A model generated the notes under the pieces. It ran no database searches and was not told the origin of the DNA. It saw only the letters and a list, made by a program, of their open reading frames with translations. Position numbers and translations under genes: made by a program. Below are positions 61,870-64,000 of a stretch of DNA of 64,000 nucleotides, one piece after another; within the stretch, counting starts at the first letter, position 1; each line of letters begins with the position of its first letter. The DNA comes from Mobula hypostoma (taxonomy: Eukaryota), in contig NC_086108.1 of assembly GCF_963921235.1 (NCBI RefSeq), positions 104,782,001-104,846,000 of the forward strand, read 5' to 3'.

Positions 61870-62371
61870 GAAAGAAAGAAGGAAGCCAGAATAAAATGGT
61901 GGAAGGAGGGGCATTAAAGATTAGCTTTATTTGTCACATATACATTGAAACATCAAAACATGCAGTGAAATGTGTCCTTTTGCATCAATGATCAATGCAG
62001 TCCTAACATGTGCTGGGGCAGTTCGCGTGTATTGCCAAACTTTGGCTGGCAACCTAGCATGCCCACAACACATTAACCTTAAGCTCTATGCTTTTGTAAT
62101 ATGGGAGGAAATCCACACAGTCATGGAGATGGTGTAAAAACTGCTTACAGACTGGGGCTGTGAAGCATTACACTAACCGTAACACTACTGTGCCGAGGAG
62201 CACATGTCGGTAATAGGTAAATCATTTGATCTTTAGTCCTGCTTGATTATTGCATTGGGATGAAGCTATTTCTGGTGCTTGGTCAAGTCATTTAAAGTGG
62301 ATGTTAAAAAGTTCTTGATTAATAAGGGTGTCAAAGGTTGCAGGATCAATATACAGGGGAAGGGAATAATA

Positions 62372-63735
62372 AATGCAAGAGATTCTGCAGGTGCTGGAAA
62401 TGCACACAAAATTCTGGAAGAACTCAGCAGGTCAGGTAGCATCTATGAAAAGAAATAAACAGTTGACAATTTGTCCAAGATCCTTCATCGGGACTGGAAA
62501 TGATGGGGAAAGAAGCCAGAATTAGAAGGTGGGGGGGGGAAGGTAAGGGAGTACAAGCTAGGAGGTGACAGGTGAGACCAGGTGAAGGGGAAGTTAGGTG
62601 GGGAGGGGGGGATGAAGTGAGAAGCTGGGAGGTGATGGGTGGAAAAGGTAAAGGGTTGAAGAAGAGGGTATCTGATAGGAGAGAAGAATGGACCATGGGG
62701 AGGAAGGGAAAGAGGAGGGACACCAAGGGAGGTGATAGGCAGAAGAGAAGAGGTAAGAGGGGGAGCAAGAGTGGGGAATGGAAGAAGAGGGAAGAGGGAG
62801 TTAGAGAAATTGATGTTGAGGTTGAGACTACCCACATGGAATAGTATGTGTGCTCCTCCAAACTGAGTGTGGTTTCATCGTCTCAGTAAAGGAGGCCATG
62901 GTCTGACATGTTGGAATGGAATGGGGATAAGAGTTAAAATAGTTGGCCACCGGCAAATTCTGCTTTTGGTGGATGGAGCAGAGGTACTGGTCAATGCAGT
63001 CCCCCAACTTACGTTGCATCTCACCAATGCAGAGGAAGACGCATCTGAGCAATGGATACAGAAGATGACCTCAACAGATTTGCAGCTGAAGTATTATTTC
63101 ACCTGGAAGGACTGTCTGGGGCCCAGAGTGGAGATTAGGGAGGAGGTGAATGAGCAGGTGCAGCCTTTCTTCCGCTTACTGGGGTAAGGGCCAGGAGGGA
63201 GATTAGTGGGGAGGGACAACAGGAAAAGGGAATCACGGAGGGAGCGATTCCTGTGGAAAGTAGGAAGTGGTAAAGACGTACTTGGTGGTAGGGACCCATT
63301 GAAGATGGCAGAATATGCGGAGAATGATATGTTGGATGTGGAGGGTCATGAGGTGGTAAGGTGAGGACAAGAGGAACTCTATCCCTGTTAAGGTGGCAGG
63401 AGGATGGGGGCGAGGGCGGGTGTCTGGGAAATGGAGGGATATGGGTGGTGGCAGCATCAATGATTGAGAAAGGGAAACCCCTTTCTTTGAAGGAGAACAT
63501 CTCTGATGTTCTGGAAAGGCAAGCTTCATCCTTGGTACAGATATGGTGGAGACAAAGGAACTGAGAAAAGGGAACGCCATTTTCCAGCTGACCAGTGGAA
63601 GGGGGTATAGACAAGATAGCTGTAAGAGACAGTAAGTTTATAAAAGATATTGATAGACAGTTTGGCTCCAGAGATGGAGACAAAGAGATCGAGAAAGAGG
63701 AGGGAGGTGTAAGAAATGGACCAAGTAAATTTAAA
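62372..63735 (-). mobile_element. Penelope-like element: RT C-terminus + GIY-YIG endonuclease + 3' end, decayed
   Basis: ORF fragments 63135..63770 (VPFSQFLCLHHIC..EM..ERGFP..DRVPLVLT) and 62828..63052 (IGE..RKLGD...LPVANYFNS); pyrimidine tract and degenerate hammerhead at about 62460-62497. Confidence 0.85.
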
Positions 63736-63739
63736 GGTG

Positions 63740-64000
63740 GGGTGGTGGGGTGGAGATACGTCTGTAGCAAAGGAGCTGTATGTCCACGTTCATAAATCCT
63801 TGCCTCCGCTAGATTGCAGGCCTCCCCCCCACCTGATTAGGGTCGCATGAAGCCACAGCAGCAGGTCGTGGATGGTCACAGGAGCAGCTGATGCATATCG
63901 CAAATCCTGGCTATTCAACCACCGATGGCAGGCAGACAATCTCCGGACAGCGTTGATAATGGCTGGGGTCACACATCTCGTAAAGACACTGCCCAGAAGA
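63740..64000 (+). mobile_element. non-autonomous RTE-derived retroposon, truncated by the window end
   Basis: Colinear with 32150-32470 and with 11622-12001 (reverse): gataatggctggggtc..gtaaagacactgcccagaaga. Confidence 0.7.

Noticed and set aside
62424..62861. Pro/Ser/Leu-rich or Gly/Arg/Glu-rich ORFs (also at 5073, 35431, 46381, 56398)
   Set aside because: They are translations of the PLE pyrimidine/purine tracts: low complexity, repeated, with no splice or homology support.

Overview
Eukaryotic, repeat-rich vertebrate DNA, most likely from a cartilaginous fish (probably a ray). This is inferred from the mix of CR1 LINEs, HE1-type V-SINEs, DeuSINE remnants, Rex1/Babar and Penelope-like elements (PLEs). 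The only host gene I can support is the adhesion GPCR ADGRL4/ELTD1 on the minus strand. Its last three coding exons (51417-51508, 41653-41821, 20761-20823) have canonical GT-AG sites and splice in frame to the TM5-TM7/C-tail peptide; two of them are missing from the ORF track. Most of the rest is decayed, often nested transposable elements. The most notable non-genic observations are: (i) about a dozen copies of a minimal type-I hammerhead-ribozyme motif in PLE ends, including a direct-tandem pair; (ii) a 114-bp TSD-flanked chimera of the 3' half of tRNA-Thr(CGT) fused to a Rex1 3' tail; (iii) a Chapaev3-type DNA transposon with TAA target duplications; (iv) a young tRNA/CORE-like SINE family with 11-14 bp TSDs; (v) two solo LTRs and a 20-bp minisatellite ending in a fold-back next to an exon. 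No prokaryotic system or CRISPR array is present. Family names come from recognised motifs, not database searches, and repeat boundaries are approximate unless TSDs are given.
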